From contig OZ281497.1 of assembly GCA_965637545.1 (NCBI GenBank), positions 16,988,001-17,052,000 of the forward strand: 64,000 bases of DNA, in the 5' to 3' direction. The translations under genes were made by a program, and so were the position numbers. The stretch's first letter is position 1; each line of letters starts with the position of its first letter. This DNA is from Phallusia mammillata. Taxonomy: Eukaryota. Under the pieces are notes generated by a model. That model worked only from the letters and a program-made list of their open reading frames with translations. It had not been told where the DNA came from and made no database searches. Below are positions 1 through 11,777 of the stretch, piece by piece.

Positions 1-1670
1 AAGTGGGTGGCGATGGAACGGAACGGAACCTGCAATTAACTATAGTTAAAGTATACTACTCGCATGTAAACTTATAAATGCCGGTGTTTGGTACCATTGT
101 CTTGTTACTCGTATTGCTGTGTAAAATGCAGATCTCTGTCTTCTGCGTCAATACTTGTACATGCACTGCTAAGCATAAGAGCAGTTGATTGGCTAAAAAT
201 TTTGCAGAAAACAGTAGCAAACTCTGAGCAAACTAGTCATTGTCAATGTGGATAGACCAACGTCGATGATGGATAAAAATAGACACGAGAATCACGACCC
301 CACAGCAAAAGCGAAGAGTTAACATCGTTACTTTTAGAAATAGCTGACAGAAGAAGTAGGTTTGAATAACCAGCAGATGAGTGAAAATTTTACACATGGA
401 GTGATTGTAAGTAGCGATGGACAGTTAGAAATACAAGGGTTACACACTGACCAGACCTGCTGTAGTTGCAGTTGTTGCAGAAGTAAGAAAACGTCTCCAA
501 TTTGTCGATGCAGCTGCCCTATTTCAAAACATTGTCCTTACAATGTGGTCTGTGCGGGAACCGGTGTGTAATTCACAATTGAAAGTTGTAAGTTTTAATC
601 TATGAAAAACTGTATCAGCATACCAGTTACCTGAGTGGAAAGGAATACCTGCTATATAATATAGTGTAGCTGCATCGCGTTACCATCCACTCTTTTGCGT
701 TCCATGACGTATTAACGGTGTGCAGTTATTTCCAGCTTGGTGATTGTTCAGTGCAATTGTGTCGCCATGTTTTCTTTCACCAAGCGTAGTCGACTCAACT
801 CAACTCAATTCCCCACCCCTGTACTTGTGGTCCCCACAAAAAAGAACTATTACGCCATAATTCGGTCACGCATGGCCAAACGAGACAAGGTAAATTTGGT
901 TACGCATGATCAGGCAAGGCACCGAGAAGGGAAAGAGATAAAACGCGAGAAGAAAAACAACAGAATGCAACCGGGGTGACCATGGGCGAAAAGCAGGCTT
1001 TGATGACGGGCCAGATTGTTTCCGTTCATGAAAATGCGGTTCCGGATTGGTTCGTGTTACAAGGGACCCGAACTGCGCTCAGTGCATTGTAGTTGTACTT
1101 GAATTTGGGCATAGTTCGAGTTGCTCCACTATGAACAGGTCGTTTCATAATTTGCAGGATTGTTCGTTGAAGGAGTTTTATCGATCTTCGACCGAAAGTT
1201 GGCCTTTTAGAAGTTACTGTGTTGTATAAGCACCTCTACATATTTACTACAAAACTTTAAAATTGGTTACCTTCAGCATAAAAATAAAAGTATTCATTGA
1301 TAGTTTTCATTTGTTCGCAGCAAATCGTGTTGGTGGTTTGAACATGTTGGACTTTTAATACAAATCGAGCATATACTAAGCGTTACTAGCGTCATATCCT
1401 TTGTCTGTTTTACAGCAAAACAGTATTTTTCAGCTCGTTTATAGAAACTGAAGGTTTGTTTGCAGAAGTAAAATTATCTTTTGTACGTAAATAGTAAAAC
1501 AAATACCGACAGTACAGCGAATTGTGATTAAACGATGTGCGCAATAGCGAGATTGCACATAGATAGTCACAGAGTATGTAATATGTCAAAACGAGATTTG
1601 ACGAGTGTCAATTATTGTGTTTACATTTCAGGCCGAGTAGGCTTTGTAACATTTTTTCATCTGTGCTGCG

Positions 1671-2429
1671 ATGGGAAACGGACAAAGAAAAATGCACAAA
1701 AACTTAGGAACAGAAGCTAATTCCGCATCGAATCACAACCATGCAAATAAAGACAACGATCAATCCAAAGAACTGAAAGAAAATTCCACCAAAGCCGAAG
1801 GACCTCCAAAACATCCCAACCTTCTTACCGAGGAAGCCCTAGGCGGAAAACACCCGCTCGAAATCTTCAAGGCATGGATGATGGAGGCCTTCCAAACAGG
1901 CGAGCCTGATCCCTTTTTTATGAATCTAGCCACAGCGACATCATGCGGCAAACCCAGCGTGCGGTTAGTGGCTCTAGGTGACTCTGACGAACGCGGACTG
2001 TACTTCGCCACGGTGGATGGAACTCAAAAAGTGAAAGAAATCAAGGAGAACCCACGTGCAGCGGTTTGTTTTTATTGGTCCAAGTTGCAGCGCACCATTA
2101 GGATCGAGGGCATCGTGGAAGAGTGTGAAAACAATGAGGAACCTTTCAAGAGATGGCCTAAACCCTTCCAGGTCGGGATGCGACTTGCGGGCGCGCAGGG
2201 GAAGCCGGTGGAAGACTGGGAGAGTGCGGAAAAGAAACTTCAGGAGGAAATGGCAAAGTTTGGCGACCAGGAGGTCCCACAACCCGAGCATGTCACCACC
2301 TATGTCATTATCCCAACGTCAGTGCAATTCATGCAACTGAAGCAGACGAGTCTTTCGGATCGATTTATCTTTACAAAAAAGGACCCAGCCGATGAGGGTA
2401 GCTGGTCGTTCGATAGGGTTTATCCATGA
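1671..2429 (+). CDS. Pyridoxine/pyridoxamine 5'-phosphate oxidase-like protein (PNPO/PdxH fold), divergent, intronless CDS, 252 aa
   Basis: Single ORF with PNPO family motifs: MNLATATSCGKPSVR, CFYW..LQRTIRIEG, DQEVP, SDR, W.FDRVYP. A splice acceptor (ttacatttcag, AG at 1630-1631) lies about 40 nt upstream of the ATG. Substrate-binding residues are replaced (see findings). Confidence 0.9.
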   Translation: MGNGQRKMHKNLGTEANSASNHNHANKDNDQSKELKENSTKAEGPPKHPNLLTEEALGGKHPLEIFKAWMMEAFQTGEPDPFFMNLATATSCGKPSVRLVALGDSDERGLYFATVDGTQKVKEIKENPRAAVCFYWSKLQRTIRIEGIVEECENNEEPFKRWPKPFQVGMRLAGAQGKPVEDWESAEKKLQEEMAKFGDQEVPQPEHVTTYVIIPTSVQFMQLKQTSLSDRFIFTKKDPADEGSWSFDRVYP

Positions 2430-3418
2430 CGAAGTTTGCTTGCTTATCGTGTGCTGGCTGTCTAAGAGCTCCGTGGCAAACGATTGTTGAGCAAGATCAC
2501 CCACCATTTCTTCACAAGACACACATGACCAGAAACGCACATGAAAATCATCGGTCTTAGCTTCAGATTTACGAGATATACGTAGGCCCATGGGTTGATA
2601 TGATTGTTTGTGCATATTTTACTGGAATTTTCACTTGTCTTTTTCGTTCACTAACTGATAAATGGGTTGCGCGCGTCATTTATCAGTATTCGTCATTTAT
2701 AATGCACTAGCGAATTTGATGATACGGCTTTTAAGGTTTTGTTTTCGTTTTAGACCAATCATTTGCGGTGTTAATGCAATTAAAACATTTGTAGGAGTAA
2801 AAAGCTAGCGAAGTTGACATACAGACTACAATAGAAACTTACTATTCTCGTTTCGTATTTAATGCCTGAAGTAACTTCGTTTATGTATACAAAAGTGCAC
2901 TATACGTTTCTTCAAACGCATCTCGTTCATACACGTCACGTTACAGTTAAGAATGGATGACGCAATCAGTGTTTGTTTATTCGATCTCGCGCCTTGATTG
3001 ATCCGCGTCTATCCAAAAAGTGTTCAGTTTTTCTACTGCTGTTTTCACCGTGTTTTAATGTTTTTCGCTTCGTCCATTAAATAGCTGGTTAATATAACTT
3101 CTGGAAAGTCTGCCCAAACATCAAACAATCTAGTCGGTGATTTTACATGAAGAAAAACACATTGATGATCAATATATTTTTGCCACCGTTTTCATCCTCT
3201 GCAGAAATGTTACACAATTGGCAAATAAAAAATCGTGCTGATCAAGAAAACGAAAGGGTCCTATAGTTCAACACACGATCTAATAAAATACAAAATGATG
3301 TCACAATCTGAAATGTGCACTGTACAAGATATAAATGCGAAATTGCCTCCATTTTTTAAAGTTACAAGGACTGTTTTCTTAAGTCACACAATTGAATAGT
3401 ACAGTAAACGCGGAAAAC

Positions 3419-3627
3419 ATGCAATCTAAAATACTTGCGGTTGCTGTACTATGTATGGGATTGTGGAGAAATACCTGTGGTGTTGGAGAACTCAAGTTAA
3501 AATCACTTCGTAGATATGATGCCTTTGAAGCAGGCTATACGCATGCATGAAGATACTACTTCCTATCAACGGTGGTCTCAATCCGGGTTCAAATACTCTC
3601 CCCGATGTATACATGGGACGAGTCCAG
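3419..3627 (+). pseudogene. Candidate frameshifted first exon of a small secreted protein
   Basis: aaaacATG, then a signal-peptide-like MQSKILAVAVLCMGLWRNTCG and a stop at 3548-3550 just after a GCAT-GCAT duplication. Removing 4 bp opens the frame to a strong donor CAG|GTGAGT at 3627/3628. No homology recognised. Confidence 0.25.
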
Positions 3628-5652
3628 GTGAGTTATCAATGCACAAATCTGAAGCGAATTTCTAGAGAGTATTAAGTTAAAGTTTTACCCAGATGTTCGT
3701 TCCTAGAATGTATGAATGTGTGCATTGCTGCAAACAAATTGGGAACCACAGCGTTATGATAGAAAAAGTTTTGTAACCATGAAGTAAATCTGATGAAAAG
3801 GGTTTCACTTGTTTCAAAGGAAAGAATCCTAAAAAAACGTTTCGCGATTCTAAAAAAATGTCAGTGAAATATAACACTTTTTTGTGAAACAATTCAAATG
3901 GTTTATTTAAATGTAAACGGATGCAAATAAAGTAACAACAACAATTAAGACAGCTAAATGCCAGTTTGTTCAAATTTCAACGAGTATTCGTATTGTACAA
4001 GAAGTGTGCATTTTGCGGTGCTTTCTAATGAGGAAATTATAAATTTGCTTGGATGGCAACGCACCTCAATTGGTACCTTTCGAATAATTGTAGTTAATGT
4101 TTTAAAGTGAGACAAAACTCGTAGACACCGCGTATTTACGGTGACGGTTTTTGCTATTGGGTCAAGAAAATTGTTTTTATTATACTTTACCTGGAAATAC
4201 TTGTAGTTCGTTTGCTTTTGGGTGTGTCCTGTCACTACAAAACACCAAAATGTCCACTTATGAATAATTAATAACTGTTTTGAGTTGTCTGTATTCAGTT
4301 ATTTTAGCACATATTGTTGTCCGTAAGAGCAGAAGGCAACACTGCGTGAACGTGTTCCTTTTATCGTGTCGACTTCCATACAGGAAACGAAGCCGTTTGA
4401 TGGCGGATGCATTATGGGTATAATTTGCAATCGAAACCAGTTCCTGTCTGTCTTAACGTTCGCTGCTACAGACACTCTTAATAACGTATGCGCTGTATTT
4501 AATTTTGTTTGCGACGTTTACTGGTTTCGGGTTTAAAATTGTTTGTATGTTCGTGATGAAAAACGCTGAAACACACTTTAAACAAAAGCACATAAACAAG
4601 AAGAAACTTACATTGTCTTTTATCACTATTATCGAAACCAATAAAAGGTTGAAACCGCTCTTAACGAATGATTTAGGGAAAAACGTGGTACGCCATTCTA
4701 CTATACGAAACTGGAGCTGCTGGATTTTCCGAAAGGTCGGAAAAGAGACTGGAGGCGCTCATCCGTTGTTTTCGCATTCCTTACTTGCGTAGAGTTCACC
4801 GCCCGGCGTTACGAGTTATTTTGGGGCATGAAACCAATTTTGTGAAACGCACTTGCGGGCTTCAAAGCTAAACGAGATTTGATTCCAGCGCCCAGCTGTC
4901 GTATCACGCATTTACGTCGACGTCGAACACTTTAGTTTCAACCGCAAGATGCAAACGTAAACCGACGCAGGGCGCTTTTTTCTTACGCTGCCTAATGGTC
5001 CGAACTTTTGTGTCGGCGACAGAACGCGAAAAAAATTTACAGCAAAGCGTTTGTGAACAACAAGGCCAAAAAAATTGACCGAAGCCGTTGTAGCTTGAGA
5101 AAGACAAATGTAAGGCATAATAAGGAGAAGACGGGAGGATACATGTTCATAATCGTTGCTCCTGAGCCTTGTCGACTGGTGCCTGAGCTTTGTCGTGTTT
5201 AGGTTGGTGTTGCAGCAGGCTCAGCGTGAAAGTGCTTCCTGACCAAGCAAAAAAATCTGCCGGATGTTGAACGCATGAATGAAACACTATCTGGAAGCGC
5301 GTCATTTAGCGCCGACACTAGCCGGTAGGTTACTCCAGATCACACAATAAAGACAGCGTACTTGGCTTGGTGGCGTGTCAGACGGTTACCAAAGGTCACG
5401 CTGACGCAAATACGTTAGTAACAAACGAAAACGCCAGCTCGTGCTAACTTTTTTGAACTATTGAAAAACGCGACCGTTTTGAGTCATTACAGCCTGAGAA
5501 ACAGGATATGCGTTTCCGAACTGCATTAAATGACCACGGCAAAATATTGTAAAACTATATAGGTTATACATAGAGAGGGAGTGGACATATGTCCTCCAGT
5601 GCGATGTATACCGATAGTTCGTTTTAGTTGAATCTGGAGTAACAGAATGAAT

Positions 5653-5891
5653 AGCCAAAACCGTACATTGTTTTGTGAAATATTTGCAAACTTCTACCTC
5701 AAAACAACTATGTGCTGCTACCATACCAGAAAAAATAGTTATACCAGACTAATCATATGTCCTTTGCTCATGTTTTTCGATGATTTAGTTTGTTTAAATT
5801 TGCAGTTATAGAATAAACAGCCAAAACTTTATCTTGTATTGTAAAGCATTTGCCAACTTCTACCTTAAGATATCTATATGATTTTACCATA
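5653..5891. repeat. Imperfect direct repeat, about 73 bp unit, 166 bp period
   Basis: agccaaaac...tttgcaaacttctacctcaa...taccata (5653-5725) vs agccaaaac...tttgccaacttctaccttaa...taccata (5819-5891); roughly 70% identical by eye. Confidence 0.55.
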
Positions 5892-6087
5892 GGAGCCGGA
5901 ATGGTTCCACTACAGTGAATAAGATAATGCTAAAAAGTGACAAGGAAAACCTGTAAACGCCTTTAATGAGAGCTATAGCGCGCTCAGTCGCGAAGGTAAA
6001 AATCTAAATTACACCAATTTTAAAGGTGCGCGTTGCCAATGTTGGTACAGTTATAGGTGATCTAATAGCGAGTGAAATTGTACAAAC

Positions 6088-9000
6088 ATGACATGCCAAT
6101 CCCTGAAGAAGGAATGCCGATTAAAATGTTTTGGTTTCATAGACTTCCAAGTGGAGGACTTTGCACGGTCTCAGGTAAGAATTTTAGTCGCTATAATCAA
6201 GTTGTGATGTTTTGGAACTTTCAGTTTTCCCATGCATAGTTTATTCCGCACCTTAACAATGTCATTAAGCACAACTTCGCGCGCCTGAAGGCATTGTTAC
6301 ATTGTCAGTGGGTGGATTTGCGACAGATTCTTAATCACAGTGTCATTTCAAATGGAGTTGCTGTCATGTGGTCATAAGTACACGCATAGTCGCAAATGGT
6401 TTATTGACCAGCAGATATTGTACTGTAACTAACAATAGACGAAACCAGCTTCTATTGACTCGGTTTGTTTCGTTTTTTTTTCAGTGGAACATCGGGCAGA
6501 GGAAGTTTCTCGCATATCGGGCGCTTGTGTTCTCATATTGGACCGTTTTCCTTATTGTCGATTTCGCCACGAACCAAAATAAAGGCTCCTTCTGCCTTTA
6601 TCTGTCGCACTGGAATGAGGCCCAACTTTCTCTATTTTTTGGCTTCGCGTTTTTCTGTGCGGGACGCTATGTGTGGAAGATGCGGCAAGCTAACAGCAGT
6701 TGTGTGAGCAGCAACAACGCCTCCAGTTCGTCCTTATCGACTGAAAGCGCATCAAAGTTAACGGGTGACTGCAAGGAACAGGAAGGTAAACGTTTTGTAA
6801 TTTCTTCCACCTTTCAGCTGCTGCAAACAGTTTTCCTTTTATTTCAAATTGAAACGACCCGGGTTAAGTGTTGGATTATCTTTGCCAAATTACCATATAA
6901 TGTGTGACGGGTAATATAAATTAGCACTAAGCAATGGCTTGTAGGTTTAATAAAATTTCCGCATCATCAGCAAAGGCCCACAATTTCCGGAAAGCAGAAA
7001 CGCTTCTCATCCGTCACTCTTACTTTGTTGACATTTAGGGAGCCCACAATGGTACAAGATGAATATGTTGTAGTTGGAAAATGCGCGATATTACACAAAT
7101 GCAAATTGTTTGCTGAACACACGTCCAGTAAAAGTGATCGTTAGTAGGACAACACAAGGGACATGTCCCAGTACATAGGTGCACAAAACCTACACGGTCA
7201 TAAGGCAGGGATGAACTTGACACGCTTGTTTACCTGCACGTTGTTGACGTCAAGTTTTTTTTTACATTTAGTCACATTTAGGCTATAACCTTGCAGACTT
7301 TGTAGCATTGCCGAACGAAAGATGTTGTTAAATAACTTTATATTGACATCGGCACGTTTCAAGGCATTTTGGTCAAGCATGTTCTGTCCTTATACGTGTC
7401 GGTTTCCACCGGATAAAACGTTTCATGACGCATCCCACTATCTTGCACACTTGCAATATGTTTGGTGTATACACTGATCGCCTGAAAAGAATGTCAACTA
7501 CTGTTTTAGATAAAATGACCGTACGTATATAAGTATCATCGCTATGAAAATATTGAATTGCATACTTTGGTAACCTTGAAGCAGTGTTATAAATGCAACC
7601 GATAAGTTAAAGTCACAAAGCTGTTGGCCACACCAAAAACTGCGCTAATGCATGAACCGAAATTGCAAACCATTAGTGTAATATAGTAGGCTAACCATAA
7701 TGTCATAAGCATGTCGGACAATCATCTTACGCTATTGGTGGCGGTGGCGTCTTGTTTTTTAAGGGTATATATTTACTTATAACGCTTAGCACATAACCTA
7801 TTTGCTAAGCTGGTAAACGAAACTTTTACATCCTCAAACAACATTTAGTAAATTTGGCTGCACCCAAGCAGTTTAAAGCAACAAACAGGCTGCGTGCAAC
7901 GTTTGGACGGGATGCAAATCGCTTTGTTGGGAGCTTAGTAAGGAAGGAACTAATATTTTTATAAGTAGTGGTTATTCAATACGAACGAATGTCCAGGAAG
8001 TTACATAAATGTTCGCTTGTCCATCCTTTCGGTAACTTTTGGGGGAACCATGTTGACAATGGCGGCTCGTAGTTTAAATTAGTATAGCCTATAGGCAGGG
8101 TTACGATCGACATGGACCCCAAAATACGACGAACGAATAATTAAATTTTCATACGAAATGAAACAGAGTTTTTTAAACAAATCTTACTATTCACAAATCT
8201 ATTGGTTTTGGTGGTTTTAACTAGCCTACTAACTCTCATATTTTCACACTGTCGGAGCAATATTACTCTTTCTCTATATAGCCTACCCACATTGCCAAAG
8301 CGCCAGTGTTTTTCTTTTTTTACCATCCCAAAGCAGCGTAAATAGCTGCAAATTTAAGGATAATACAATATAAAAAATTAAACAAAGAAAATAAAACAGA
8401 TTTTCAGCACTAGTCACAACACTCTGGTCTCATATCTTGGAAGGCTACAGAAACATCTGGCTTATTCGACAGCAAGAGTTCGTTTTAACAAATCAAAACC
8501 CTGTAATGACACTTAAAAGCTAAAAAACGAACATTAGTTACATGACAATTTGCCCGTCAGGCCAATTTTAGATGACTAGAGTTCCAAAGGCAACAGAGTG
8601 TTTGTGTTAACAGCCTTTTCTGTTTGTCATAAAGATCGGTTTACGGGTAGGCTAGTGAAGTCTCGTATCAAAATTTTTGTTAGCCTCTCATTAGCCTATA
8701 TGCGTTTCGAAATCGTGCATAATCAAGGGATCATTATTACGTTACGCACATCCACACAGATCCGGCCAGCAGTTTGCCAATAGTACCATTATAGCAGCAT
8801 GCAAAGACACTCATCACGTTTCCTGCATGGCCCGGATCCTATTTCACGTAACAAGGATGTTTCAAGCCCAAACGTGTAATAAGTTATATTGTAGTTAAAC
8901 GCAGGAGCAGGGAAAGGTAGGATATCCTATGTTGACACGTAAAATCAGGAAGTGACAACATGGCGGCCGTTAGATGACCGGTAGAAAATGCATATTAAAA

Positions 9001-10606
9001 TCGTGTCACAAAAAACTGACTCCAACTCCATTAATTCGCTAGATCAGTTAGCCATGGCAATCCTACGTCGTTGGCTTATATTGCTATGAGAACATGGGTG
9101 GCAAACTGTCAAATTATAGGTAGGCTATACACAAGACAGGGTCTTAGCCTAAATAGTAGCTCAAATAAAAACCAAACTGCCAGAGATGTTTCGACAAAAA
9201 CAATTGGCAAAACATTATATTTTCACTGATGATGACAATTCTTTTTGTCGAAACGTCTGTTTAATAAAATGGGGTTTAATACGCTTATTTTACATCGCTA
9301 GCAATTTGGTTTTTAACTAGAAGGGTGGCTTAGCACATATTGCCCTTGCATATACACTGTGGGTCCCCACACATGCAAAGTTGAAAATAATGCAATTCAA
9401 GAGATAACCATGAGAAAGTCGGGTGTTGTAAGGTAAAACACAGTGATCGGCACTGGGCTTAAATAATAATACTATGTAGAATACAAACTATAAAATTAGA
9501 TTCACCCCAGATATTGTTTGAAGTATGTCCTATTAAACGTTTTAAAAAACTGACCCATTTTAGGGGGCTAGTAGGGCAACTAATTGGGTTCGACACACAA
9601 ACTAAAAAATATATAAAAACCGCAATGACTCAATCAATAGTACTGCAAAATTTCAACCCAATCCGCCAAACTTCCGGGTAAAAATACCCATTTTAGGGGG
9701 CTAGCGGGGTAAATACTGGGGTTATCAACAAAAACAAAGTGGGATGCACATCTACATAACTATATCTACCATCTGTGTAAATTTCAGCCAAATCCATCAA
9801 ACATTTGATGGAAAAACGAGTCGGACAAACTTTGGGAAGAAAAAAAAAGAAAAACAATTCGAGTAAAATCAATATGTGTCCCCTTCAGGGAAGGGGACCC
9901 ATAATAATGTCCAATTATAAATTTGCAAAAAGACTGTTAACCTACTTTCCGTAAGACTGTTAACCTACTTTCCGTCAGCTTTGCCCAAAGTTACATTTCG
10001 ACTGCAACACTACACAACATCTTTGACAAAACGATTATATCACCTTTTTCAGTGACAGCCATTACCATGTCGGACGGGACATTGCCTGGCTCCATGCAAG
10101 TGCGGCTGCGGTGGTATCACGGCCTAACGACAATGCTTTACGTCACCTCGCTCAGTATTTCCGTGGCAGTGACGTTACTCTACTCCTTTTTCGAGATGGA
10201 CAACAGCTCGGGTGACAAGCAGATGTCAGCTGGCAACTTTCACTTGCACTTCGTTAACTCATTGCTCATTCTCATCGATTTCGTTCTCAACTGTATCCCC
10301 ATACGACTACTGCACTTTATTTATGTCTCGGTATTTACAGTGGCCTACTGTACTTTTCTCTTTGTGCTCCATGTAACAGGCGTGGACTCAGCATTGTACG
10401 AACTTGTGGATTGGAAAAGAAACACCAAGTGGGCTATTGCGTTCAGCATAGGCATGATATTTCTCATTGCACCAGCCACTCACACTGGCATGTACTTCCT
10501 ACAACGAATAGTCCGCTTTTTTAGTTCCCGGACGAAGCGAGAGACGAGAAACGCGTCGGTTGTGGATGAAGAGAAAGAAGATTCTCCGCAGTTATTGGTT
10601 TACTGA
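6088..10606 (+). CDS. Protein rolling stone-like multi-pass membrane protein, 3 exons, about 313 aa
   Basis: Exons 6088-6174 (MTCQ...DFARSQ), 6485-6785 (WNIGQRKFLAYRALV...YLSHW) and 10053-10606 (...FHLHFVNSLLILIDFVLNCIPIRLLHF...LYELVDW). All junctions are GT-AG and phases are consistent (0, 1). Motifs are typical of rolling-stone-like proteins. Confidence 0.85.
9315..9908. mobile_element. Helentron/DINE-1-type non-autonomous element (HINE-like) in intron 2 of the rolling-stone-like gene
   Basis: Subterminal inverted repeats cacatattg (9334-9342) and caatatgtg (9870-9878). The second is followed by a 9-bp hairpin gtccccttc-agg-gaaggggac (9878-9898) and an A/T tail. Internal 19-bp direct repeat acccattttagggggctag at 9553 and 9686. 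Ends are approximate. Confidence 0.6.
9930..9975. repeat. Perfect 23-bp tandem duplication
   Basis: aagactgttaacctactttccgt x2 (9930-9952, 9953-9975). Confidence 0.9.
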
Positions 10607-11777
10607 TAAAACATTATGAAGGCTCATTGGATTTCATACTACGAAATTTTGCCCCACGTAACCGCGTTTGCTTCCTACGTTTTTTGTAAGGACGCAGTTT
10701 TGGGGGCATTTAAAATTTCCAAGCCGGCTCCCAACTGTGTCGTTTTGCAAAATCTGAGTTACGTTTTCTTGATTTTGTTGCCCAAAACGAATTCCGCAAT
10801 TTTACCAACCAAGAATTGTTGTTTGATTACAATTTGGTTAACAGTTGTTGATAATTGAGCGCCTTAAAATGGTTTGTTGCAGCCTTTTCTCATTTACCTG
10901 TCCTAATTGACTTGTGGGTCTGTTATTCGTTGAAAATTATTTAATTTGCCGATTGTATTTTTTTATTTTATTTGTGCCCTTAAAAACTCGGCGTCATTGT
11001 TAATTTATGTTGCAATACATTATTATACCGGATCACATTTGGAGGGCGTTTTTGTTACTGCATTTTTCGGTCCCCGCCTTGCTTGGCCTAGCACAGAAGA
11101 TTTCGCACTAGAATTTGGCGCTGTTTTAGGCATATTTGGGACATTATAACGTGATGATAAGTTAGTTGCCTCTTTTTTCAATTTATGCAGTTCGCACCTT
11201 CGAAAAGAAAAGATCGTTTGCGTGATAACGCTAGGCACTTTTAGAAGTTTTACTGAGTGAATTACAGTTCGATCAACAATGAGCATATAGTACTGCGCAA
11301 CAGACCTACAGATACTTGATACCGATAAAGTACTCAACTTGTTCTATTCCTGTAGATATATTGGTAACAAACTTACCCCCAAAAGGCTGGTCCATTAGTT
11401 GTTAATTCTCTCAAATACTCACTATCAGCGATACACAAAACACAACTGATCAATGGGTTCAATTCTTTCAGAAGATAGAGATGCAGCTGTACAAACAAAG
11501 TTTATTTCAAAATTGAATTTCACGATTTCCGTGATAGTGTCTTTCCGGCCAGATATATCACAGCAGAAAAGTAATCAATGTAGCAACATTGGCAGCCTAT
11601 CAAAAAAGGAACATTGCCAATTTAACCATTTCTCTACCCAGCAAGTAGTAGATGGTTTTTGTAAGGGTACTGAAAAAGCCCTTGAAATTTAAACTTTGGC
11701 ATAGAAGCCAAAGTGCAGTTGCTACAATGAAATAATTGCCATTGATACATTGGCCCAAAAGCCTTTCTGGTTGCAAA

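Noticed and set aside
1-1240. Possible minus-strand exons at the left edge (acceptor ttaattgcag near 30; exon-like 96-143) and ORFs 737-979 and 1047-1229
   Set aside because: Several frames are possible, none has recognisable homology, and no consistent model could be built within the window.
1394-1402. ATATCCTTT, a perfect U12-type 5' splice site upstream of the PNPO-like gene
   Set aside because: No TCCTTAAC branch site precedes the downstream acceptor, and about one chance hit is expected in a window this AT-rich.
1760-2615. ORFs overlapping the PNPO-like gene (1760-2011, 1974-2291, 2056-2340, 2319-2615)
   Set aside because: Shadow ORFs of a GC-richer coding sequence.
4192-5400. Exon-like minus-strand segment 4192-4235 and GC-richer ORFs at 4505-5202
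   Set aside because: No domain or motif recognised and no partner exons found.
8096-8503. Possible MITE with cagggttacgat / atcaaaaccctg ends
   Set aside because: TIRs match only 10/12 and there is no TSD, so support is insufficient.
8946-8967. Adjacent ETS (caggaagtg) and YY1-like (aacatggcggc) motifs in an intron
   Set aside because: An isolated motif pair with no supporting transcript structure.
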